64,000 nt of DNA from Antedon mediterranea (taxonomy: Eukaryota; Animalia; Echinodermata). The DNA lies in assembly GCF_964355755.1 (NCBI RefSeq), contig NC_092678.1, positions 20,043,365-20,107,364 on the forward strand. Direction: 5' to 3'. Shown here piece after piece: positions 1-12,000 of the stretch. The first letter of the stretch is position 1, and the number at the start of each line of letters is the position of its first letter. The notes beneath the pieces were generated by a model. That model had not been told where the DNA came from and made no database searches. It saw only the letters and a program-made list of their open reading frames with translations. A program made the translations under genes and the position numbers.

Positions 1-1854
1 ACAGAAAGTTGACGAAACGTCAAATTTGTTAAATTAACTTTAAAGACCCTGTAGTTATCATGGCAGTACTGTCGATGATTAACATACAGTCTTGGGCTCC
101 CTGCTGCTAATTAGCATAAGGTTTTTATTCAAATGTACGCCCTGGGTGTTTTGTTGTTGAAGGATTTTGGCAAGAAGCAGGACTTCTCGATGAATAAGAT
201 CTTGATTTGGTTAAGGGTTGTTTAATGAAGCCTGCATTAATATAAGTTTGTTGGCCAGTGTCTGGAAATTTGTCAAGTTTTGGATTGAAATAAAAGATGT
301 CTATCACGGTAGCCTTAATACGTTATTTTATAAGGGTGTGTATAGTTAAACTAAAACGAAAAAAAAATCATGTCATATTTTTGCTATCACTAACTACAGT
401 AGAGAAACATGTACTGTAGACATACTGTAACTGTACATATTGGGAATTGAATGTTTATTAATTATTCTATTATAATTAATAATTTCTTGAGGTACCCCGA
501 ATCAGAGGACACCCCTACGGGTATAAAGTGGATAGATTCCTTTGAAATGATCCAAGAAAAATATGGTCTAAGTTCCAAGTTCAACTTTATTTATCCACGG
601 AGACCCAGATCAACACAAGATTGTTCTTTCCTGGGACTGTTTAACAACCCCTATTCAGAGGGACAGACACCCATATTAAGAAGACACTTTAATGAGTTCA
701 ACCTTATTAGAGGTTCTATAAAAAGTAATGTTTATTTAAATATGTTTCAATTTTTTTTTTAATATTTTGTTTTGACTTTCTCTTTATTTAGTACATATTT
801 TAATTTTATGAAATCTGCAAATTTGTTAACACCTTTTTGGTGATTGGATTAAATAGGTTTAACTTTTATTGTATACCTGCCAAATGGTGTCCTGAGGTAA
901 ACTTTATATTGTTGTTGTTTTACAAAGAAACTGACGTGTAATTGACGTCATCGTTGCACACAAACAGAGATTCCAACTGTTACAATAACCGAGCACAGTT
1001 TGAAGTACCTGTGTAGCGATAAAAATAAGTTAAATATTAATGTCTTGCTTTATCAACTTTGATTTCAGTTTCAGGTCCTTTTAAACTACTATTCATTTAT
1101 GTTAAACAATTTAATTTGAAATTGAATCATACTAACTACTCAAAATAAATTTGAAAATTTAATTGTAAGATGTTTGTAGTGGAAATTTTATTTTCAGGTA
1201 AATTATACTGCAGAAAGTTGTTTAAAAATTCAACCCAGACTTAACTTAATTTGTTTCTTGATAGTTTGTGAAAATATTCTTCTTGTTCTCCAACTACTAC
1301 TGTAGTTCTTACTGTTGTTTTAAATTTTAAATAAGATTATAAGATTTTTGTCCAATGCTTGCTTGCAGTAAGCATGTAGGTTTGGGGTTGGTTAACATAC
1401 TAGTATTGCTATTTGGTTGGATCTTTCTTTTGTAAACACATTGAGACTATGACATATTTTATTAAATATGATCATGTTGATGAGAACGTTCTTTAAGTCT
1501 GTCCCCATCCCCTCTTGGCAACTATAAGTATTTTTCTACCAAATGTATGCATAATTCCAGCGCAATCCTACCCCACTCAAGTTCGTTTCACTTCCCTTCT
1601 TGCCATCGCTTTGTTACTTTCCACACAATATAAAACACATTTTTTTCTATGTGGCCGTAAATAATAAACATGTGTTTGTCGTGGGAATTAGCTTCCCAAG
1701 AAATTATAATTCGGAAGTTTGAAAATAGATTGTATCAAGAATAATACGATGTTCGATTTTCTTCCCATAGAGGCCTTTTAAATATTAAAAATAAATGTTT
1801 AAGTACTTTATCAAATTAATTAGCTAGTTCTGTAAATTATTTTAACTAGCTACA

Positions 1855-2365
1855 ACAGTGTTCTGTAAAGTCTGTTAGCTACTGTAGCTAACAGAAATCT
1901 TTTGTAATCCGTCACTGTTTAATAAGTACTGTAACTTATAGTCTGTTAGCTAGCTAAATTTGATTTCTACAAAGTGACTACAGTATACTAGGTAGTGCTC
2001 TGTAATGTCTGGTAGTGTTCTGTAAAGTTTGTTAATTTGCTACAGAAATTATTCTGTAAAGTTTGTTAACTAACTACAGAGAGTGTTCTGTAAAGTGTGT
2101 TAACTTGCTACAGAAAGTGTTCTGTAAAGTTTGTTAACTTGCTACAAAAAGTGTTCTGTAAAGTTTGTTAACTAGCTACAGAGAGTGTTCTGTAAGTGTG
2201 TTAACTAGCTACAGAGAGTGATCTACCTATAGTTTCTGTATGGTCTGTGAAAACTAGCTAAATGTAGAGTGTTCTGCAAAAACTAGCATTATGTACTTGT
2301 TTGTAGAATGCTGTATAGTTGCTAGCTACAGGTAGTGTTCTGTAAAGTCAGTAACCAGCTACTGG
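1855..2365. repeat. About 33-34-bp minisatellite
   Basis: Unit GTGTTCTGTAAAGTTTGTTAACTAGCTACAGAGA, best conserved at 2015-2220. Confidence 0.85.
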
Positions 2366-5140
2366 CAGTATCAGATGGTGTTCTGTTGTAGATATGATAA
2401 AGGTGGGAAGAGAACCATTTACCAACTTCAATCTTTATCCAGTAATGAGAGACCATTGGGTGAATCCTAGGATATGAACCCATTCATAATGTAGGGTGTA
2501 ACTTTGACCATCCTTTTATTGTCAACTCATTGTTCTCTATCCAGCCTATTGTTTTCCCTCTTCTAATTGAACAATCATTGTATTGTATTAAGCTTCTATA
2601 TCCATAAGGTATTTGTAAGCTTCCCTTTTAGTTCATTCCTTTTTTTCCTAAGCTAGAACAAGGAAGAAACGAAACTGTACTCAACACATCAATTAACAGT
2701 TTCTCTTTGATAGGAGCACTTCGTGCCATGTTGATAATTGATCCAAGTTTTGTCAAACCAATTTTATAGAATTTCAAACGTGTGTTAAGTATTTTATTAA
2801 AGTTTTGAATTATGAAGTTTGTAAAATCTAGGTGTAGATTATGCGGATGGGTTAAAGAAAAGTTGGAACAAGTTTCAAAAGGTAAGGTTGCTGTGTAATT
2901 TAGAGTATGTAAATTGTATTCAAATTTAAAAAGTATTTGTCAACATCCTATAAATTACTTATTAAAGTTGATAGTTATTGTACTATTAACAACTGTTGCT
3001 GTTTTTATAGTACTGTTGAACCACTATTAAAGAAACACACATAGCAGAGTCCCCGTTAATAGGAATGTTCCAATGGAGGAGTTCTACGATTCATAAGTTA
3101 TTTAATGTTCTGTTCTTTATGATTTTGAGAGGCTAAGAAATACATTATTAATGCTAAGTTTACAATAAGTGTTGATACTCTGGTTTTAAATTAGGAATGT
3201 TTACTAAGTTTTATAGAGTTTTTTTAGTTTTTTTTCAGAAACAAGCATTGGGTTGGCCCAAAACTTATAGTAAATTAAACTTTAAGAAAATAGAGAGTTT
3301 GTGGTTTTCTGGAAGTTCTTGTAGTGGTTTCTATTTAGTGGTTTCTGGATGTGAAAGGCCATTTGTATCAGTTACAGTAATTAACATCTTTCTATATAGT
3401 ATCATCAGTGTTTCATTAAACCTACAGTTAATCTTATTAAAAAAGTTTTACTTTATCCTCCATAATAAATAACAGTAATGCCACACGTTGAAGTCGATAC
3501 ACGAAATGAATATCGGAAAAATTATAACACTTTTCGAGTGTACTTTAATCCAATTACCTTTCCAACCAAAACACTGTCGTACGATCAAATTTAAATCAAA
3601 CAATTTCATATGTTTCTTCAGCCTAGTTTTACTTTTCAAATCAGTGTTATTAGTAAATTGGCAAAAGTTGTTGTTTAATAAGGAGTAGGGGAGAAATAAA
3701 AAATTAACTGTTTCCCTTTTTATCTACATAATTATGTTAATTTATTAAATTTACAAATAACAGCTAATTCAATTAATAATATTTTATCATGTTTCTCTTT
3801 TAGTATGTTTTCCGAATTTTCTGAGGATATTGATTTTGTACTAATTCAATAACTCTTGTTGTTTTAAAGTTGTGAGGTATTTAGTCAAGGTTAATAACTT
3901 TCAAAAGAAACCTACAGTATAAAGAGTGTCTCTTTAATATTTCTTTACTAAATGATATTTTGAAAATAGATTTCTTTTCAATGCCAAACAATTAAATGTA
4001 AAAGGTGTACCAATAAAGTTTATTACTGTCCAGTATGTTTTTCGAAAAGTTAAAATATGCTATATTTAATATGTTAATGTACTATAAGTTTAGCAGGCAG
4101 CCACCTTTAACTGATAGGTAACTAATTTAGTAGCGATGGCCTTATTTTAAAAATATATTAAAACCGTAGTCTGTAAGAAAGTAAAAATACTTATTTTATA
4201 TGTTTACACTTTTGTAAAATGATGTGAATGTCTATTACCAGTTGATTACTTATTTTAACATGATACAGTTTCTGAAAAAATATCCGCCTTTTCTCTGACG
4301 TTCAGGAAACTGCAATTCAATTGCAGTTAGGGCTGAATGAATGAAGGACAGGAAATGTACAATATGTTTACAGTCTATTGTGTTGGGCAGAGTCCAAAGA
4401 ACTACTGTAGTAAAAAACGCATGCTTATTTTACTGTATGACTATTTGCTGTGTCCAGTTTCATATTTAACCGGTCTTTTCTTCTAAACTGAGGCTAGCCT
4501 CATTTTAAGTTTTTTCCGCCAACTGACACTACAGACTGACAACCTGTGCTGTAGTTACCAATTATGTACAGTACAGTAGTGATAGGGTTATGAAACTGTA
4601 TTTTTGTATTTTTTAAGCTTTAATTAACAGTCATCATACTTACTGTACAGTACATCTCCAGTAAACCACAGACTGATCCCACAGAAAATATGTTTTTGTA
4701 GTTACTCTATACAACTCTACAGTATACTCTAAGATCCTGGTTGCAAGATTCTACAGTTTTAGTACACATTACTGTATATTTTTTATTTTTTTATGTAATG
4801 AACAAACAATTAGTAAATAAAAAAACAAACAAATTTGTTGTTTTCAATCTATGATTATTTTATAGCTGATACTAAAGGAGTTCTCATGGTCATATAATCC
4901 TGTCTGGACTAAGGAGTTCACCCACAACCTGTGGTGCAGTACTCGCCTACACAAAAAACAATTTGATTAAACGACGTCAATAATAATTGTATGAAGGTGT
5001 ATTGGAATGTAAAATCCTACAGTATTTTGTAAATTATATAGTAAATTTAGTTAGTATTTTACCATTTTCTTCCAAACAAATTTAGTAAATTAATGGAAAC
5101 ATTGTCACACTTTTTTCTTGCCATAACAGCTTCCGATTCC

Positions 5141-5463
5141 TAAGTGATTTGTAACAGTCTCCGCTGCAAAGTCCACATTCATTAAATGTTGTTTAAATAA
5201 ATCTACAGTAGAGAATGTTCAAGCAAAATGTACTTGTTATTGTACTGAACATCTTATTTTTTTTCAAGATTTTTAATCTGTAAATTACAGTAAAACTAAG
5301 TGATTTACTAAGTGATTTGTAACAGTCTCCGCTGCAAAGTCCACATTCATTAAATGTTGTTTAAATAAATCTACAGTAGAGAATGTTCAAGAAAAATGTA
5401 CTTGTTATTGTACTGAACATCTTATTTTTTTTCAAGATTTTTAATCTGTAATACAGTAAAACT
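5141..5463. repeat. About 168-bp tandem duplication
   Basis: Near-identical copies start at 5141 and 5309. Confidence 0.9.
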
Positions 5464-5613
5464 GCTATTAAGGAGACACCTTCAGGACCCAACACATTGT
5501 GCCCATTAAGAAGGGTGTTAAAACATATATTTCTCCATGTTGATTTTACAGAAAGTGACCCTTTTATAGCGGTCCCACTGAATAGGGACATCCCAAGAAG
5601 AGATTTTACTGTA
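5452..5613. mobile_element. Tc1/pogo-like MITE family B (TA-CAGT...ACTG-TA)
   Basis: TACAGTAAAA / TTTTACTGTA ends and internal CCC(T)TAATAG-type subrepeats. Related decayed copies near 10965-11130, 23971-24475, 26600-27879, 32070-32370, 52290-52650 and 54330-54583. Confidence 0.65.
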
Positions 5614-7374
5614 AAAACACAATACATTATTTTCTTTTGAACATGTTATTGTTATACTTGTCATCATTTTCTTTAAATACAATCTCAATCAGTTCTCCTT
5701 AACAGACAATTAAGGAAACATTACCACGTGCTGAAACAATTTATTCTCGATCATGTGACACAAATATTGGGTGGAGTACACTGATTGTATTTCCTTATTG
5801 ACTGTAATTGTGAAAGTCCAACGATCTATAGCTGCTGTTTCTGTCGCCAATGTAGTCCTTGTTTCGTAAGATCGACCTGATATGCATGTAAATTTTAGCA
5901 TGCAGTATTTAAAAAAAAAAACTGTGACGATGCCTTTGGACATTTATCAGCTGCAGAAAGCCCTGCATTTGTCAGGTGATTGCGGATATGGTGCGTGCAA
6001 GTTGTTTTATATGTTGTTGCAAATATATTTATTACCTTACTGTATAACTACGATAGTTTTTAGCTTCTGTATTTGACTGATTGAAACAATGTGCTAGGCC
6101 ATTCAGTTTGCTTTGAGTTGTCTGTTATAAGAAAAGTGTATAGGATTTAAGCTCTGTCTACACTATCAAACTTTATGTGTAAAAACATATGATGTGCTGC
6201 CCAATGGACATGATGATGTCATATCACTTCCATATTTGGGCACATTGTACTAGTTTGATAGTGTGGAAAGGCTTCTCCCCATAACATAGAGTTTGCATGG
6301 GATTTTTGTGTACATGTATTTAAACTTGCTACTGTAGGATATTTTAGCTTTGGTTGGATTTGACTGATTGAAGCAATGGAGTGCACATAGGCCAGTCAGT
6401 TTGCTAGAGTAGTTGTATTGTATAAAGTATTATAGGCTTGAATTGAATAAGAGAGATGACGACAACACATATCTATGAATAGGATTCTGTATCATGTTGA
6501 TGGACAATTTTCCATATGGGAAATTCCATAAATGTGCTAAGCTGCAGTATGAGGTCATTTTTTGTCATCTCTCTAAGATGTCTTCCTTATCACAAAAACT
6601 GTTTAGAAGCACACCATTATGATAAGCGACAGTCAAATGTAATAAAAAACACATTGTACATCACCTCACTGTAGCAAAACTCCCGAGTATACAGTTCAAT
6701 ACCAGAGAACACTATCAAAACAAAACACAAGGGTTGACAAGCTATTTTTGCTAGTGGATGTTAAAGACCTTATAATGGATATTCACATGTTTGACTGTTT
6801 ACAGTACAGTAATATTAATGAGGGGAAAAACGATTCTAATTTTCTATTTTGGTTTACAAACTGTGTCGTAAATCCTGCGAATAATGATAGTAATGTTGCA
6901 CACTTCCTGGTTGCACAAGCAATAAAAAAGATGTTAACGTATCAAAGATGACGTATTTTAAAGATCGAATTGAAACTTCTAAGACATATTATAACACAAT
7001 TAATAAAAACACGCCCCAATGATAGTCTCACTGAATTTTTATTTTCTATGAAGTTATTCTTCAAATCGTAAACAAGGTCAAACTGTAACAGATGTTTTAC
7101 GATTTACTAACGTTTTCGTTAAAATAAAAACTGTTTAAAATGTATCCGATGGACAAAATCCAGTATGCTAAATATTAAATTTGATTGGTTAGAAATCTAA
7201 ATTTGTGATGCTTTGTAACGTAATCGTTATACACTAAACGTACATTGCGCTTCCATAATAGAACAAAAGCTGGTCAGTGTCATAAGATGTTGTTTTTCCA
7301 CTACAGTTATCCTGGTTCGGACATGGAGTTGTCCTGACGTACTATATGAACAGCATTACTGTAGAGCTTTTGTT

Positions 7375-7642
7375 AAGTGAATACAGTACTCCACAAAAAT
7401 TTTTTTTGTTCAAAAAATATTGTTCATATTTGGAATTTAACGTTGCCTATATTAAATTAATTTCAATTTTATTTTAGATTGCAACTACACATGTCATTAC
7501 AAATGCGTAAAAGTGAATACAGTACTCCATTTTTTTTTTTCAAAAAATATTGTTCATATTTGGAATTTAACGTTGCCTATATTAAATTAATTTCAATTTT
7601 ATTTTAGATTGCAACTACACATGTCATTACAAATGCGTAAAA
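7375..7642. repeat. About 130-135-bp tandem duplication spanning a RASSF splice acceptor
   Basis: AAGTGAATACAGTACTCCA..TTTTAG|ATTGCAAC..GCGTAAAA occurs twice. Confidence 0.92.
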
Positions 7643-7753
7643 GACGTCAGACTTGGATGCAAGAAGACGCAAGAATTCCGAGACCAATATGAAGAAGAGG
7701 ATACAGACGGTGGATTCACAAATGTAGCGCAGACAACGGTAGTTCCATCTAAG
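7608..7753 (+). CDS. RASSF1: RASSF exon: second half of C1 domain plus linker
   Basis: ttttag|AT TGC AAC TAC ACA TGT CAT TAC AAA TGC...; donor AAG|GTACCC at 7754. An alternative in-frame donor ACG|GTAGTT lies at 7739. Confidence 0.8.
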
Positions 7754-8975
7754 GTACCCGTTGTTAGTACTCAAAGCTTTTTGTTTTACAAAATAAAATA
7801 AGTAATAATTTCAATAGTAGATACTTAGTGTACCCAAGCAACTTTAGTGTTAACTCAAGCGAATACCAAGGTTGACCGGACACATTTCTAAAAGTTTGCC
7901 AGACTAGAAAACTCGGACAAACTGCAGCAAACTAGTTTGCTAAGGTTTTGGAACAACTCAGCCAATCAAGTGACAGATCTATAGTCATGTGTTAGAATTG
8001 CCAACATTTAGGATGAGACTAATAGTCCCCAAAAACTTCACCCAACTGTCGAGAATTGTTAGATAACACAATTGGTTGTAGTAATAAGAGAACCATTTGT
8101 GCGAATTCATAATTTATTTTCAATAACTTGTGTTAACAAAATTATGAAATTCAAATCTAATCATTTAAGATCAGAAACCTTGGCACAATTAATACAGTAA
8201 TATTCAGTCTCCAGTTGGATTATTCCAAACTAAAAAATAGAAGTTTCAATTATACCATATGATTTTATTTGAGGCTGTGATTGGTTGTTTGCTGGTCACC
8301 TGATAATGTCAATGGCCCAAGCTCTTCCTGTTATACAATTTTCAAATGATGCAATTTACTTATCTACAGTACACATGCTCAGTAGAACTACTAACATACC
8401 TGACAGATTATATAATTGGTATACTGTACTGTAATTGAGTGAACAAAAAAAAAACGTACAGTAAAGATCTACCATTACTTTTCAGTAACAATAACAGTAC
8501 CCTGAACTCGGACCAAAAACCATATTATTATAATAATTATATTATGTTGTCATTCCATACAATTACAACAATACCTTATCCTTAATCTTACTTTATCCTA
8601 TATGTAATATATAAAAGTAAATCATATACATACTGAAAAAGTGAAAAAAAGGATGACAATACAATGATTAATTAACATGTTTTGCCCAGCCTAGGAATTA
8701 GGATACATAGTATTTGATGTAATATTTATTTTTATTTTTATTTTCCTTTTTTTGCAGATCCCTGTTGGTGTTTGCTCTCCGTTGTTGACACGGGACCAAT
8801 TAAAGAAAAGAATTGATATGTACAACTCAAATGCGGATGGGACAGCCATCACTTTGGTAAGGTTTCTTCGCCTCTTTGGAACAGACTTCCACTTTATGTC
8901 AACATTCACCCGCTTTTATTTTCAACCTGTTATTGGTGTTTTACACTGTTGGTTTGATATAAAGAATAAAAAAAT

Positions 8976-9016
<41 letters not shown>

Positions 9017-12000
9017 AATGTTAAAGACACATTTCTTCAGCAAAATTCAGGGTACAATGCGCCTTTGAATCATTTTTTTTAATTGGCTGGTTATTAACTT
9101 AATAATATATAATAAAATACAGTAAATATTACAAACAAACAAACTTATTACTAAAACAACTCATATTTGATCACAAATTGAAATCTGATTTTCAAATATA
9201 ATCAATGTACAGCTACGTAGTCTAACTGTGCTCACAACCAATTAATAAAAATTGTCAAAACATTAACAAAATATTGTATGAAATATGATATTATATTTAC
9301 ATTTTACTCTATGTGTCATTATAAAAAGAATTATAAAACGGATTATATTCATTTCTCTTCTTGGCCTTCAATTATACTTCGCCAGCACATTTTAAAACCG
9401 TCCATATTTTTTTTTTAAATGCTTAAAAAACGTGATTAAAAAGACCGCTGCCAATAGAAATGTATTCACTATTTCGCATAATATATCCATCCATTTTGCT
9501 TTCAAGCCTTATGTTAGCAAACACTTAAAATTTGATTTAATCTATAAGTAGTTATTAATGTTTAATGTCTTTGTTTGAAAAAACATGAAATGAGAAAAAC
9601 AGGAAATTTGAATATAGCGACGTACATTATGTTTATGATATGGAAGAATATTGATATCGAATATTAACATGTTTGCTGGCTTTCATCAAGAGAAAACAAC
9701 AACATTTGAATAATTCAATTTGCCTTCTTTTTTTTCATAGAGTTTATTTGTTGGATATTTATAGTTACACTACAGTACAATTGTAAAAAACAATTATTTC
9801 TAAAGTCCAGATGAAATTAAACAAAAAAACAAAAAAAAATTCTCCCAATACTGGACACCTTTGGGTTGGTTTTCTGGAAAGTCTGGTACAGTCAAATATC
9901 CCAATACCAGACACCTTTGGGCTGGCATACAGTATGTCTGGTTTTCTGGATAATCTGGTATTTAGAACTTTTGAAAGTCTGGTTTTCAGAGAGTTCTGTA
10001 CCAGTCACCTTTGGCTGGGCTTCAGATTTTGAAATTCTGATTATTCAAGATAAATATCTTTGACGACTTCAATTCAATTAATGTTAGGTTTACCTTTATT
10101 TATACCACACCCCCATAAAGTTATAAATCAGTATTATTAACCTTAACGGACAAATAAGTAATGGTTTTTTGAAATCTAATATCATCATTGTCCTCATTGT
10201 CTCGTATCGTCGTATTCTGGGCAAGCGTCGCTCTCAACTTGAGAGATTTCTCTGTCTTCTGCATTTCCTGTCCATGGTAGTGTCCCTGTCTTCTTCACTA
10301 TCTCGTCTCTTCATCTAATACTAAGACGCTCACTTTACAGACACTAGATATACATGACCAGTATGGATCAATTTATAAAAACAGTTAATTATATAAAAAA
10401 AACAATTAGCCTAGGTCATTGATAATTCCATTTAAATTGTAAACTATAATTGAATGGAAATTTAATTTCGTTTTTTCTCCTTCAAAACTTTTTTAAAGCC
10501 TTGGAGATCGTTTGATAAAATGTACTGTATGTGAAACATTGATAATATTCAATAATGTTTGCGACACTAAATAGCATTAATTGACGTAAAATATTCCAGA
10601 TATTATCCAAACCCTTGGGTTTGAGAAATTTGCATATGTCATGCTGTTTTTTTATATGATTGATCGCAGTTAGACTCTGATGTACCGCCAAATTAGATTA
10701 CCATACAATGTTCATTTAATAACATTTTCATTTTTACTTTCTCTTGGCAGGAAAGCGAGGGATGTAGTTTCGTAGGATCAGTAAGAGTGCGACTGAATCT
10801 TTCCCGACCAATCAGTGTACCAACAGACTCTCACATGGCACGGTGCCATGGCGCACCGGAGCAGTACGATCATTGCGAGGACACGTCAAGAGCGAGGACA
10901 TCTTTCTTTCTTCCAAAAAATACTGTAAAGGTATACAAACAGTCCATCTTTGAATTGTTAAAAATAGAACACCTCTTTAGAGGACCCCTTCAGAGCCCAA
11001 ACAATGTGTCGGCTTGTGTTAATTAAAGCATACACCGACCCTCATACAGTTCACTGGAAAATGTCCTCTTAATAGTGATGTCCCCTTAATAGCGGTGTCC
11101 CCTGAATAAGAGTGTCTCAGATAATAGAATCTATCCACATAGCTTCTCACTGCCTTTTCTCTCACTGACTTCGTATAGCATTTTCTCATGGTATCATTTC
11201 TTCATGTTTTCGTAGGCCTTACACATTACTAGCGAAACCACAGCTCAAGAGGTTATTATGCTGCTACTAAACAAGTTTAAGGTTATAGATAATCCACAGA
11301 AGTTTGCCTTATTTGAAAAGATTGATGAGAATGGAAAATGTAAGTGTTATGACAGTTATCATAATTATTATTGCATCATCATCATTATCACCATAGTCAC
11401 ATTATTAACAATATTAAACTTTTCAAAATCCATAATATAAACTCAAGCTCACACTAAAACTTTATGTGACAACAAAATGTGATGTGCCCATTGTGGAAAT
11501 AAAGATGTCGTATCGCTACCATATTTATGCATATCACTACCATAATTGGCACATCACACTTTGTTCAAACTAGTTTGATAGTGTAGATGGATCTTCACAA
11601 AATAAATTAAATGTAAATTTACTTTTGTTGTTGCAGCTCTTATTAGACGTTTAGGAGACCAAGAGTGCCCGCTGTTTCTCTGCTTGTCTTGGGGCGGGGA
11701 TAATGGAATGAAGCGATTTTTGCTGCAAGAAAATGAAACTGGACAAATTCTCGTAAGTATATACTGCAAAAAAAACTTATTCTTATTTAGCAATAAACAT
11801 ACAAAACAACAAAAAATATTATAACGTACAAAAAAACAACAAAAAACACCACAAAGAAAGATAGCAGGAAATACAAAGAAAAACCTATTCTTAATAGAAA
11901 AAAAAACAAAAAACAACACATAACAGTAACACATACAAAACAAAAATATCACAAAAAACATACCAAACATTAAAAAAAGAAACACCACAAAGCAAGTTAT

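Noticed and set aside
1855-2365. 33-34-bp repeats as a CRISPR array
   Set aside because: Units are directly adjacent with no unique spacers.
2395-2790. Coding-like minus-strand stretch
   Set aside because: Multiple stops and no recognisable motif; it needs tBLASTx before any claim.
1-7370. Upstream RASSF exon carrying the first half of the C1 domain
   Set aside because: No H-x-F...C-x2-C segment with splice sites was found by eye; it probably lies upstream of the window.
8976-9024. Poly-Lys + terminal Cys as a KRAS-like membrane anchor
   Set aside because: Ends in NEC, which is not a CAAX motif; the Lys run is simply a retroposon A tail.
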